Source: Geosiphon pyriformis uo1 | Taxonomy: Eukaryota; Fungi; Glomeromycota | Length of the DNA: 64,000 nucleotides | Reading direction: 5' to 3' | NCBI GenBank assembly: GCA_016748015.1 | Contig: JAAOMT010000261.1 | Location: 322,733-386,732, forward strand | Notes under the pieces: generated by a model | Seen by the model: the letters and a program-made list of their open reading frames with translations, nothing else | Databases searched by the model: none | What the model was told of the DNA's origin: nothing | Position numbers and translations under genes: made by a program | Shown: positions 1 through 14,963 of the stretch, piece after piece | Layout: each line of letters opens with the position of its first letter | Numbering within the stretch: the first letter of the stretch is position 1

Positions 1-3000
1 ATGCTACAGCTGCTAATGCTTCTATGCTTTCAGATGCATTTGTTGCGGCTACAAAGTTTTTGGATAAGGATGCAATGTGGGACATTGTTCACAAAATATT
101 GATTCTCTTAGCTGGTAGGACATTCAAGAAAAAATGGTTCAAGGGTTATAGTAGTGTTTTTAATAAGGTTTCTTCTAAGTTTCATAGACTAGAACTGCTT
201 GTGTCTAAGCTGGTTAAGATCTTATGTCTGGTTTTTGGTGGGAATTTTGCTTCTTTGTTGGATACATGGGACAAGCTTGACTCAGTTGACGCCTTGCCAG
301 TGAAATCTCTATTTCTTTTGGGTTCTGGTTTTGATGCTATTTGCTCTGAACTGGCTAAGGCAAGAAAAGTTTACTGCTTTTCAAAGATGATGGAGTCTAA
401 GTGCACTGAGGAATCTCGTATTAGGCAGGCTATTGAGAGGAGAATGGAAAGTTTTGAAGTAGACAAGAGATGCACCATCAGAAGTGTTCTGGAGCATTCT
501 TTCCATAAGGTGGTACTGGATCACTTGGTCGTGGATAAAGAGTTGGTCCTGGAGCCAAATTTGGTTAAATCTAAGGTCGATAAGATCATAGAAGATTGGA
601 CTAGAAAGCATGCGGTGATGCCAGATATTTCTAATACTTGGGTGCGCCAATTTCAGCCTTTGGACTATGTCTTTGATAATGCCTTCTCTGAAGTAATGTG
701 TTCGATTGGTTTTGATGAGTTGCTTATAGTTGTCTTTAATTTGCCTAATGGTAAAACAGCTGGTCTTTCTGGTATCTCCAATGAATTGTGGAAACACTGT
801 GATAGAAAGGTTTTGAATATGCTTTTGTTATTGCTGAATTTTTGTTTAGAACATGAATCTGTACTTGGACCTTGAAAGGAAGCTTGGGTGTCAATGATTC
901 CTAAACCATATAAATAGGAGGGCATTCTTACGAATACCTGTCCTATTGCATTAATTGAAACAGCCCACAAGATTCTTTCCAAGATTCTCTCAGACAGAAT
1001 TTCTTTGGCCTGCAGCAGGTTTGATGTTCTGCATGGGGACAATTTCTCTGTATTAAAGGGTATGACAATGCAATCGTCCATTTTTGCCATTGGTTCTGTG
1101 ATGGAAGATGCATTGGAAAAGGGCCAGGAACTGTGGCTGGTTTTGCAGGATATGTGAAAAGCATATGATTCTGTTGGCTGGATACATCTCAGAAAGAGTT
1201 TGGTTAGAATTAAGATGTGTGACAAGTTTATTAGATTTTTTGGCAACATTCACAATGGTCATACCAACAGGGTGATGACAAATTTTGGCTTGACTAATGG
1301 TTATCATGTTCATGATGGTCTGGACCAAAGGGAGGTTTTTTCACCACTTCTTTGGTGCATATTTTACAATTCACTCTTGTGTGAAGTCAAACGACAGGAA
1401 AGCATGTGTGATTACAAGTTGAACTCTCATTTTATTTCCAGAACTGGCCGGGTGGAGCCTCAGGCCAGGCTGACATCATTCTTAACTGCTGGTGCTTTTG
1501 TTGATGACATTATTTGGGTTGGTGGTAGCTGGGCTGCTATGCAGCACATTCTCAATGTTGCTAGTGAATTTTTTAGGATTAATGACATTTCAATTAACAA
1601 TGACAAGACTGTAGCCATTCTTATCAACAGCCGGATTGCAAATCCTTCTTTGACTATCAGTGGCTCACCTATCTCTATCACCAAGAAAGATGAACCTCAT
1701 CGGTATCTGGGTATTTTTTTGTCTTCTGAAGGTCTTTCGACGCCTAGTCTGGCTAAAGCTTGCTCGAATGTTCGGTTTTTTGTTAATTTTGTTCTAAAGA
1801 AGGCGATCTCGGACAAACAATTCACATATTTGGTTTCTGCAGTTCTTCTGCCTATCATCAGCTACAGAACTCAGTTCAGCTTCATTCCTATTAGTGTGTG
1901 TAATAAGTGGGACTCTATAGTTCACAGATGCTTGAAGTCTAAGTCTGGGCTGCTACTCAACTTCCTCAATGACACAGTTTATCATCTTTCTTTGTACAAT
2001 TTTAAAATTTTTGAACAAATCCAAGCTAAGAGTAAATCGGCTGCTGTTTTGGCTTTTGCGAATTCAGTTGGTATTTTGGGTCATTTGTTTTTTCACAGGT
2101 CTCATGATTTTCAGGCTCTCAGTTGGCGTTTCTGTCACCCTTTGCTGTTTCCAGTTCACATTTATGTCAGCCCTTCAAACAACTTTCTGTCAGATGTGGT
2201 TTGTATTTTTTCTGGATGTGATTTGTCTTTGGATGCTTCTCTGGCCAGCACTTTTTGTCTCCGGGGTGGCATTCCTATGTCTCTTGTTCTAGGTGAGCCA
2301 AGGTTTCTCAAATGTGTTCCATTGCTCAAGCACTATAGTATCACTTTCGTGGAACAGCTTTGTGACAAACATGGTGTTGCTTTCAGTTGGAAGACCTTCA
2401 AACATTGGAAAAACTGGATCCCTGTGGCCTGGTTCCTGTTTGGTTTAATATTTTTGTTCAGTTTTTTGGTAGTGTTGTTCCTTTTTCTGTGTGCTTTCTT
2501 CCAGTGAGTGATCGCGCTTCTCCTGATATTTGTTTTTCTCGCAATTTTGGCATGGTTTGCAACAATTTGTTGGACATTGACAGTGCTGTTTGCCTCTCTG
2601 TATATACAGATGGGTCTCTAAGTGGTTTGGGTACTGTTGGTATGAAGGCTGGTGCTGCTGTTTTCTTTAAGGACATTGATTCGGGGTTGGGTGTGAAGGT
2701 GTCTGGTTTGGTTTCCTCTATGCTTATGGAGTTGTAGACCATTGCTCTGGCTCTCAAGTGTGTTCCCTTTTTTCATTTGGTGGATTTGTTCTCGGACAGC
2801 CAGACTGCTTTGGATACATGCAAATCTGAATCCCTACTGGCTCAACCGGACTTCAAGAATCATTGTTGGATCAAGCATTACCACATTGCTAATGTTATTT
2901 GTGATAAAAATTTGGATGTGAATTGAATCAAAGTAAAAAGTCATTCAGGTGTCTCTGGCAATGACCGTGCTGACTTACTTGCAGGAGTCGCTGCCTCATC

Positions 3001-3883
3001 TTCTTGGTGGCTGCCACACAGGGTTAGTGAATGGTTTTTAAAAGCTGGTGACTCTGCCATTTTTAGTAATTCAAGACACTTTGTTCGTAATATCTTCCGG
3101 TCAATTCATCGAGTGCGTTGGGAGGTTGGATCCAGTTTCCGAGTTTTGGTAGATAGTTTGCAAGGTGATGTTGATTGGACCAGGTCTGTTTTGGTGTGGC
3201 ACCCAGATTTCCACATGGCTGCTGGCTTCACTAGTTTGTGTACTGCTGGATTTCGGACTTATTTCATGAAGGCTCTGCATCATCGACTTCCTGTTGCCAT
3301 GTGTAAGCATCTATATGATAGGCTTTACTCCAGTATAGTGTGCTTATTCTGTGGTAATGTTAAGATCTCTGATCATGTTTTTTCTTGCTCCTTTGATGTC
3401 ATTGGCCATGAGCATTTGATGAACACTTATGTGGCTGTTTGGGAGGCATGCTCTGGTTTATCTCATTTTTCTTTGTGTGTTTCACAGTTACTGTCCACTT
3501 GTGCTTCGAATTGTGTAGTTGGGGTGGCCCTATGTAAAGAATTTGTTTTCAATAATTGGTATTGTGAATCTGTTTCTGTTTTTAAGGATCCCAGGGTGGC
3601 AGCTTGTAACATGGTGTCTTTTGTGCATGAGTTTTGTGCTGCATTCTGGGATGAAATCTGGTTGGTTCATGTGAGACACCAGGCAGTAATGGAAAAGGGT
3701 AGACTGATTCCTCATGATGGCTCCATTCCCACCTCTGTTTCTGGTTTTTCCATAAGTCTTTTAGCAGGTGTTGTTAGATTGTTGGAGGTTACTAATGCAA
3801 TTAACATTTGTTTTGGGTTTTGTAGGTCTTGTTTATTTTTTTCTGGTGCTTGTAAAAAGATTTTTGTTCATATAAGTGTGTAG
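1..3883 (+). pseudogene. LINE ORF2 remnant (RT - RNase H - CCHC zinc finger)
   Basis: ORF fragments 24-875, 1200-2507, 2387-2737 and 3113-3883 are separated by premature stops (mostly TGG/CAA/CGA-derived) and a frameshift near 2410. Confidence 0.9.
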
Positions 3884-4010
3884 TATTGTTCTGACTGGTC
3901 TGAGTGGCTGGTCACATGTAGAAAAAGCATGATTCATGCCTAGTTTAAATCATTTAATAATGTATTATATTAGGTAGTGTTTGGACTTTACTCATTAAAC
4001 GAAAAAAAAA
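1..4010 (+). mobile_element. LINE-like non-LTR retrotransposon copy 1 (5' part outside window), ending in 3' UTR and short poly(A)
   Basis: Stop-interrupted ORF2 with RT motifs (PIALIE, QD-x-x-KAYDSVGW, GLDQREVFSPLLW, FVDD, RYLG), RNase H (VYTDGSL...KVKSHSG) and C-terminal CLFCG..DHVFSC zinc motif. Ends actcattaaac-gaaaaaaaaa at ~4000-4010. Homologous to the two other LINEs in the window. Confidence 0.93.
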
Positions 4011-5420
4011 ATATATATTTTCTTAATAATAATTTTTTATAATTAAAACATAATTTTTATTTTATTTGCTATATCTTTTTAAATAATTATATTTTTTCTT
4101 AATATAATAATTATAATAATAATAGATTAAATTTTTTGGATTTTTGTTATAATAATTAAATTTATAAACTGTTATTATATTTTTGGTTTTATTGTTAAAA
4201 AGTTTAATAAATATTATTATTTTTTAGATTTAAGATAAAATAATTTATATTATTTATTAAATTCTTAAACTATAACAATAAATTATTTTTTTTTTGTTTT
4301 TAATATTTATTAAATTATATATTTGTTTTAATAGTGTTTTTAAAAATTTTGTTTTAATTATTAATTTATCTTAGCTAATAATATAATTGTTTTATTATAT
4401 ATTAATTTGAATAGTATTATTTATATTATATCTTATTTTATTGTTTAATAAACAAATAATACTAATAGTATAAACAAATTTTATTTTTTTGGCTGATTTT
4501 AATTAATATTTTATATAATATTTTATTAAATTTTTTAACTAAATTATTTTTTTATAAATAATATAATAATAATAATAGTTTTTTTATTTTAAATTTTTAA
4601 CTTAATTCTGTTAATATTTTGTTTACAAAGTAAATTTTTTAATCTAATAATAATTTTTTTGAATATTTATATTAATATATTAAGTTTTAATAACCAAATT
4701 TAGCTATTAATTTAATCTTAGCTTTTTAAATAACTTTAGCTTTTGGTTATTTAATAAAATAATTCATAATAACTGTTATGTATTTATTGTTTTTAGTAAT
4801 TATAAATAATAATTTAACCAAGTTAATTTTAATCTAATCAAATAATTGTTTAATTTTAATTGGTTTTAGTAATTTATTTGGTTTAATTCCACTTTTTTTT
4901 TTTAATAACCATTATAATTTTGTATATAATATATACTATTTAAATATATAATTAGCCAATAATATAGCTTTTTGGGTTTTTTAATAATTGCTTTACAATA
5001 AAAATATTCTGTTGTTAAATTTGAGTACATATTAAATAAAACTGTTATTATTATTTGTAATAATTTGTTTTGTTTTTTTTTGTTTTTTTAATATAAAAAA
5101 AACATTTATAATTTTTTAATAATTTAAAACAGAAAATAAAAAATAAATATTAACAAAAAAGATTTTTTTATTTGCACAAAAATATAATTTAGTACTATTT
5201 ATATAAATTTAACATTTATATATTCTATATTAAATACAACTTATTTACTTTTACATATAATTAATTAGATATTTAATAAAAAAAATAATAATAACCAAAA
5301 AGTTATTTATTGATATTAATTTTAAACCTATTATTTGTTTTATTTAAATTAGTATTTTTAATATTAAAATTTTTCAAACATATTAATAATTAAAAAATTA
5401 AAAAATTATATCAAAAATAC
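4011..5420. other. Extremely AT-rich tract (likely fully decayed TE relic or insulating spacer)
   Basis: Roughly 90% A+T by inspection, essentially no CpG and no ORF, with sharp boundaries against the LINE tail and the gene promoter. Confidence 0.7.
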
Positions 5421-5498
5421 AAAAAGTTGATTGAGAAACGAGGTCTGGTTCGCGGGGAGGAACATGAGATGGTCAGCTGCAGCGAATCGGATATTGGC

Positions 5499-5548
5499 TG
5501 GCTGGTCACGTGCCTACAAAGCATGAGTTGCGTCTATATATATAAATA
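5499..5548 (+). promoter_or_regulatory. Putative core promoter: GTCACGTG E-box followed by TATA box
   Basis: ggtcacgtg at ~5504-5512 and tatatatataaa at ~5535-5546, about 190 bp upstream of ATG 5736, in a short CpG-containing patch. Confidence 0.5.
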
Positions 5549-5735
5549 GCGTTTGGGATTTAAGCAATAAAAAAAATTTGGCCAATAATATAATTTGTAT
5601 AAAAAAAACCAAAATTTTAAAAAATAGACATGATTTCTTAAAGTTGTACACAAAATCCAACTCGGGTTGACCCATCTTGAAATCCAAGAATGGGTCCTGG
5701 GTTTAACATATAATTTCTATTGAACCACCTTTACA

Positions 5736-6705
5736 ATGGGATTCTTCCCTTCTCCAACAAACCCAACCCTTGTAGCTCTTTTAATATCTTACACCTATGT
5801 TTCTTTTTTGTTGGTTTCCGCTGAATTACTGCACCGACATGGGCTATCCTTGTTTATCACTCGAAAAATCATCCATGTCGGTGCGGGTACTTACATGCTA
5901 GCAACACTTTATTTGTTCGATCAGTGGCAATGGGTCGTATTCATGATGGGAAGTTTTGTACTATTCAATGCTATATTCTTGTATTTTAGAATCTTCAAAT
6001 CAATGGGTACTTAACTCTTAACACGTCTTGCCCTATTTTATCAAGTTTGTCAAGGTTATTAATCTTTATCTTTACACCTTTTCATAGATCCTGAACAAGG
6101 TGCTACACCAGGAACCATTTATTTTGCATTCTCTTGTGCTTTTCTGGTAACAAAAATGTTTCGTTTAATAAAAGCTGTTTTTAAAATACATTTTCAAGTA
6201 AAAATGGGTTAAATATTACTTTTAATTTCATTTTAGATTGGATGGTTTCACGACGGCTGGGAAGAAGGGTTTCCTCGTGGGCGCGAATACATAGCAACTG
6301 GTAAAACAAATTCATTTTGAACTAAAACAAGTATTCTTAAAGATTAATTTTTAATCAAATCACCGGTCTCTCATAGCCGGTATAATGGCCATGACATATG
6401 GAGATGCTTTCGCTGCGATTATCGGAAAAAAATATGGCAGACATGGATACTTGCTCATTGGAGATGAGAGTAATAGGCGCACTATTGAAGGATCGCAAGC
6501 AAATTTTATTGCATCTTTCTTGGCAATATCAATAGTTTGGTGGATAATGTCACCTCCTGCCCTTGGTGGCTTTGGGAATTTGATATTGGGAGCTATGGTT
6601 GGTGCTGTTGCAAATACTGGTTTGGAAGCAATTAGTACATACGGAAGTGATAACCTCATTGCCCCGATTGGTGTCAGTTTCGTGCTGTCGTGGTTGGGTT
6701 TTTGA
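5736..6705 (+). CDS. SEC59/DGK1/VTE5-family CTP-dependent isoprenoid-alcohol (phytol/farnesol/dolichol-type) kinase, 4 exons (5736-6006, 6088-6146, 6237-6300, 6377-6705)
   Basis: GT-AG introns join the exons in frame into a ~240 aa polytopic membrane protein with family motifs TRKIIHVGAG, GTIYFA, MTYGDAFAAIIGKKYG, RTIEGS and LEAIS..GSDNL. Confidence 0.85.
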
Positions 6706-6927
6706 AAATCTTGGGTTTTGTAAAATTATTTTATCGATCTTTGCGTTACCTTTTATTAAATTTTGAAATAAATGTTATAAATGGTGCCATTTAATATCTA
6801 GTATGCTTCATTTGTTCCTAAATAATGTAAGCACCAAATTTCTGATAATTTAAACTGGCTAAATTCATTGAACAAATGCAAGTACCTATCAAGCAAATCG
6901 AATCAAATTGATAACTGGTTAATGGGT

Positions 6928-7766
6928 TTATAAATTATAATTCTCGTCGTCAGAATCGTCATCAAACCGACGGCGATTATACTGGGAAAAAAAAAATGAA
7001 AACTTCTGATTAATAAAATAATTTTCATTACTATCCACCACCTATGAAAAGCAACATACGGTAATTTTTGTCTCGGGCTTTTGTTGTTGATTTAATTGTC
7101 CTAAAAGATCAATCAATTGGGTTTCGCTCACTTTTCCACGTAATTGCCCTGTTTGAGCCGTGCGTATCAAGAGATCTTCAACAGCTCGCGCTTTGTCAGC
7201 TTTGACCATAGAAATCCGGGCAACTTTGGAATCAAAAAGTATGAGTTAAGAGTAACTCGTATTTGATTTAGTGTATTGACTTTCTTCCAAGAAACAATTT
7301 CAGGAAATGCAAGTTGAAAAAAAAAGATACGACGTTCCCGAGCTTCATTATCGAGTATTTGCAATAACTAAAACCCAAATACAGCCTTTTATTAAAAAAG
7401 TTTCAGCAACTTAATAAATAGCAGAAAAATAGGTTAAATTAAACGTACCAAGTTTTGTCTTGTTTCCTCTTGTTGACTAGAGAAAGGTAAAGAGAGGAAT
7501 GAAAATTCAAAATCTAATATTTTGAAAAAACACTCACATATAATTATAAAATGAGCATTACCGTTTTTTTTCACTGTCTTCTTCCTTACTGGGTGAAAGT
7601 CCATCTCCAGCGCTAGCCTAAACCCAGACTCTTAATGAAAATAAAGTCCAAAGATGTGGAAGATTCAACAATAGAAAATTTAGGTCTTAAGCATTACAGC
7701 TCCAGCTTGCGCCTGTAATTCCTGCAACCTGGCCTGGCGTATAGCTTGAAGTTCCGAGTCCTCCAT
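6928..7766 (-). CDS. PDCD5: Programmed cell death protein 5 (PDCD5/TFAR19/Sdd2 family), multi-exon
   Basis: Spliced translation MEDSELQAIRQARLQELQAQAGA...QILDNEARERLARISMVKADKARAVEDLLIRTAQTGQLRGKVSETQLIDLLGQLNQQQKPETKITYNRRRFDDDSDDENYNL*. Missed by the ORF track because the exons are short. Confidence 0.9.
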
Positions 7767-8013
7767 GATTTGTGTATTTCAATAACTAAAGTTGTTCTGC
7801 CATCAAATTTGTGAACTTTTATTAGATTGATTGATAAGGAAGAGTTGTAATGAAACCTTTAAAATCAATCACATTCTCATTAGATATAGTGTTACCCAGT
7901 TAACTAAATTAACAGTTAAAAGGTCTCCCAATTTTTACCGAGATTTAGATTTGGGTGGTCTAGCAATTAGACAGGTTAATTCAAAACTACCTTCATCTTC
8001 ACCAGTAAAAGAG
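7767..8013. promoter_or_regulatory. Short bidirectional promoter region between PDCD5 and calcineurin B
   Basis: Divergent start codons only ~247 bp apart. Confidence 0.55.
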
Positions 8014-8772
8014 ATGGTTGACAATAACAATTGTACGTTTCAAGAGTAAAATATCAGGATTCCATTGTTAAAATATGACGTTGGCTTCCGTTTTCTTACA
8101 AGAAAAGCAATTCTCTTTGGAAGTATGTCTGGTGGAGGAACTTTTTTATTTTCACGCATTTTTAACGCTTTTAGAAATTTTCCCCCTATAGTTACCCCTG
8201 AGGAGATTGAGCGTCTTTATAAACGTTTCATGAAATTGGATAAAGATGGTTCAGGTGCTGTCGACCGTGCAGAGTTTCTCGCCATACCACAAATCGCAAG
8301 CAACCCGCTCGCTTCTAGGATGATTGCAATATTCGATGAGGATGGTGGTGGTGACGTAGACTTTAAAGAATTCTTGTCAGGATTGAGCGCATTTAGTGCA
8401 AAAGGGAAAACAGACGAAAAGTTGCGGTGTAAGTTTTAAATATTTAGGAAATATTCAGATATTTTAAGTATCAAGAATCTTTTAGTAACATTTTTCTCTT
8501 AAACCTCCTACATTTTTGTTATTAAAAATTCAAAAGTTGCTTTCAAGGTATATGATATGGATCGTGATGGACTTATTTCGAATGGAGAGTTGTTTCTAGT
8601 ACTGAAAATGATGGTTGGCAACAATCTCAAAGACAATCAACTTCAACAAATTGTCGATAAAACTATCATGGAGGCTGATAAGGATATGGACGGGAAAATT
8701 TCCTTTGAAGAATTTTGTGCGATAGTGGAATCAACCGATATCACAAAGAGTTTAACATTGACAGAGTTTTAG
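8014..8772 (+). CDS. CNB1: Calcineurin regulatory subunit B (4 EF hands), exons 8014-8032, 8192-8428, 8537-8772
   Basis: Spliced [28 protein letters not shown]...[13 protein letters not shown]...[63 protein letters not shown]. The 5' end is uncertain. Confidence 0.93.
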
Positions 8773-9136
8773 ATGAATTGGATATATCCGAATTAGAGTA
8801 ATGTGAATTCCTTAATTTAATCATTTTTGTATGTTTCTGGGATAAATATTTGATTAATAATAATAATAATAATAGTAACAATAATGACAATAATACAATT
8901 CTAGGGTTTGAATAATTTGTCTATAATTTCCCATTATTATTAAAAGGTATGAATATAAGTCAAAATTTTGTTTTTTAATATTTTATGTATGGGGGTCAGT
9001 ACCCACGAAAATTTTGATCAATAGAAAAATATAATTGTTACTTGGATATTCCTCCATCTTTCTGATAGATATTTGAAGCGATCAAGTCCTCTTTCGCCTT
9101 CTTTTACTCATTTATAGGTAAAAGATTCGTATCCAG

Positions 9137-10067
9137 TCATTTCATCACTGGTGGCCTATTTTGTCGATTACGCTGTAGCCTTAAATACAGCCAATCTATC
9201 GCCTCTCTTATACCATCTCTGGATGAAAGAAAAATTATTATTATGATTATTATTTGAACATTGAAATAATTTTTTTTTTAACTTACCCTTCTAATGCTGA
9301 TGCCAATAACACTTTTGAATCTCGAGCCCCAAGTCTCATGGCAACCTTCTTAAAAATTTTTAGGATTTCATCCATTTTTAATGAGTCAGAGACATCCTGT
9401 TTATTCGCAAGCATTAAAATGGGGATGCCTGCCACCTTTTCATTTGTAATTAAATTTTCTAGGAAAATAATTCATATCAGAAAATTTTTGGAATATAATC
9501 AAAGAAATCAATTCTTTATAATCAATAACACACCAAATGTCATTTTACACTCCCCTATTCTTTCTATGTTGGTGGAGTCGATCACAAAGATGACGGCATG
9601 ACACTCACTGTAATACTTTTCCCAAAGACCATGAAGTTCACTTGCTCCACCTAAATCCCAAAAATTGAGACGAGACCCACTGTAACTAATTTTCCCAACT
9701 TTGAAATTAATAGAAATTAAATTTGATTTTGTATCTCTTAAACGATAAAGCAAACTTAAAGCGGGGGGCCAAATAAACCACATACTATTCAAGCCTACTG
9801 TTGGAGTTATCTTATCGGGAGATAAACCAACGATACCATTGAATATCGATTTAACGCGCTCTAAAAAAGTCTTATAGTAAATAAGGAAAGATTCAGTTAA
9901 AAAGTAAAAGGTTGGGTTGCTGAAATAAAATCAGGCCCATTTGGGAGTTTTTTAATAAAATCAATCGTACTTGCCGTTTTTCCACTGTTATCTAACCCAA
10001 TTATTAAAATAAAAAATTCTTCCTTGCGTGTTAGATGCGTGTGAAGACCACTTAGCAAAGTATACAT
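9137..10067 (-). CDS. ARFRP1: ARF-related small GTPase ARFRP1 (yeast Arl3 orthologue), multi-exon
   Basis: MYTLLSGLHTHLTRKEEFFILIIGLDNSGKTTFLERVK...ITPTVGLN...LNFWDLGGASELHGLWEKYY...ILMLANKQD...DSKVLLASALEG...LQRNRQNRPPVMK*. The MY/F start without Gly2 is typical of ARFRP1/Arl3. Confidence 0.9.
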
Positions 10068-10635
10068 TGCCAAAAAATGACCTTTGATTTATTTTGGCCT
10101 TTATGAAATTCGCTAAGGAAGTCTTAATGCCCGTTGTCAAGTCTGAAAGCGATCTAAACGTATAAACCACTTCATTGTCCATCCCGACTGAATATAATTC
10201 TAATCTACAACACATTTCATTCTGATCATGATTTAATTACACTTCTTTTACTTAATAAAATAAAATTGATCATATTTTCATTTTAAGAATTTTGAATGTT
10301 GTCCAACAATTAAAGACAATGTTTAGAATGATCATTATGGCAACTAATGTCAGCTTATAATGTACAAGGGCTAAAAACCTTTTCAAAGGCAAGACAGAAT
10401 GCCCATTAATGATTGAAGAAAATTCTTCAACTAATAATAAAGAGGTTGAAAAGAATACGTATCTTTTTGAAGTAAATTCAGAGTTCCAACTGTGCCATTG
10501 AACCCTCAGGTAGAGCACAGGGGCTTTCCTTTCGAGTTCTTTATAGTTCAATACGAGACGATATAAAATGAAGCGAGCTTTTCTGGGTTTATTGAATTCC
10601 TTGTTATTAAATGCGCTGATTTTAATGTCAGTGTG

Positions 10636-14052
<3,417 letters not shown>

Positions 14053-14310
14053 TTTTTTAAAAAAGCAATCTTTTGTTGCAAATGTCACGAAACTTTGAGT
14101 TTTTGAACAGTTTGTTCTTCCAAGTTTTTTTTGCCTGGTCTATTCACTGTTGTTCAATAACCTAGCACACAGTATATCGAAAGACGACGAACTTGAAGAC
14201 AATAAACACTTGAACACACTAACAAAAAATATTAGTAGGTATGAGGGTCAATATTTGATATCTTTTTCGCTCAAAGTATCTCATGATCCCACCTTTGAGG
14301 CACCTATATT

Positions 14311-14319
14311 TCACGTGAC
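14311..14319. promoter_or_regulatory. TCACGTGAC E-box upstream of PRP4
   Basis: Exact bHLH-type (Cbf1/SREBP/USF-like) consensus ~260 bp upstream of the PRP4 ATG. Confidence 0.4.
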
Positions 14320-14963
14320 TATATTATATCAGGGCGCGAAAATCTTTGTAATTGCATGGGAACTTTTTTTTAAATTGACGAATCATTTAATATTACTAAT
14401 TTTGAACAAGCAGAAAATTTGATATACACAAATTTTATAATGGAAATTTCTATTGTCAATCATTATGATAACCGCAAAGCTTAATTAGCACATTAATTAT
14501 ATTATTATTGTTTAAATTTTTTGGTTCTTCATTTTTTAAAATTTTAATAAAGAAAACAACAACTAAAAAAGTTTTTTAATAGTAAAAACAATTAGACAAA
14601 ATATTAAAAATTTAAAACATCTTTTTTTATTTTAATTAAAAGCTTTTTTCCAAATAAAATTTCTTTAAAAAAACACATTAGAAACAATTTTAATGTTAAT
14701 GTAACTATTGGCAAAAATTCAAAATTTTTAATAATAAATTTGTATTAAAGCATTAATTTTTTTAAAATTTTTTTGCAATAATAATTATTATTATTACTAT
14801 TTTTTAAATAGTCAAAAAACAATTATTATTTTTTTTATTAACACATTTAATGAGTGTAGCCCAATCGCTATCTAATACATAAAACCAAACTAAGAGGCTT
14901 AAACTAAATGTGACTCACGCACTTTCTACATGTGGCTAGCTACTCAGGCCAGACAAGGCAACA

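Noticed and set aside
8857-8895. (AAT)n microsatellite downstream of CNB1
   Set aside because: An ordinary short low-complexity repeat in a 3' UTR or intergenic region.
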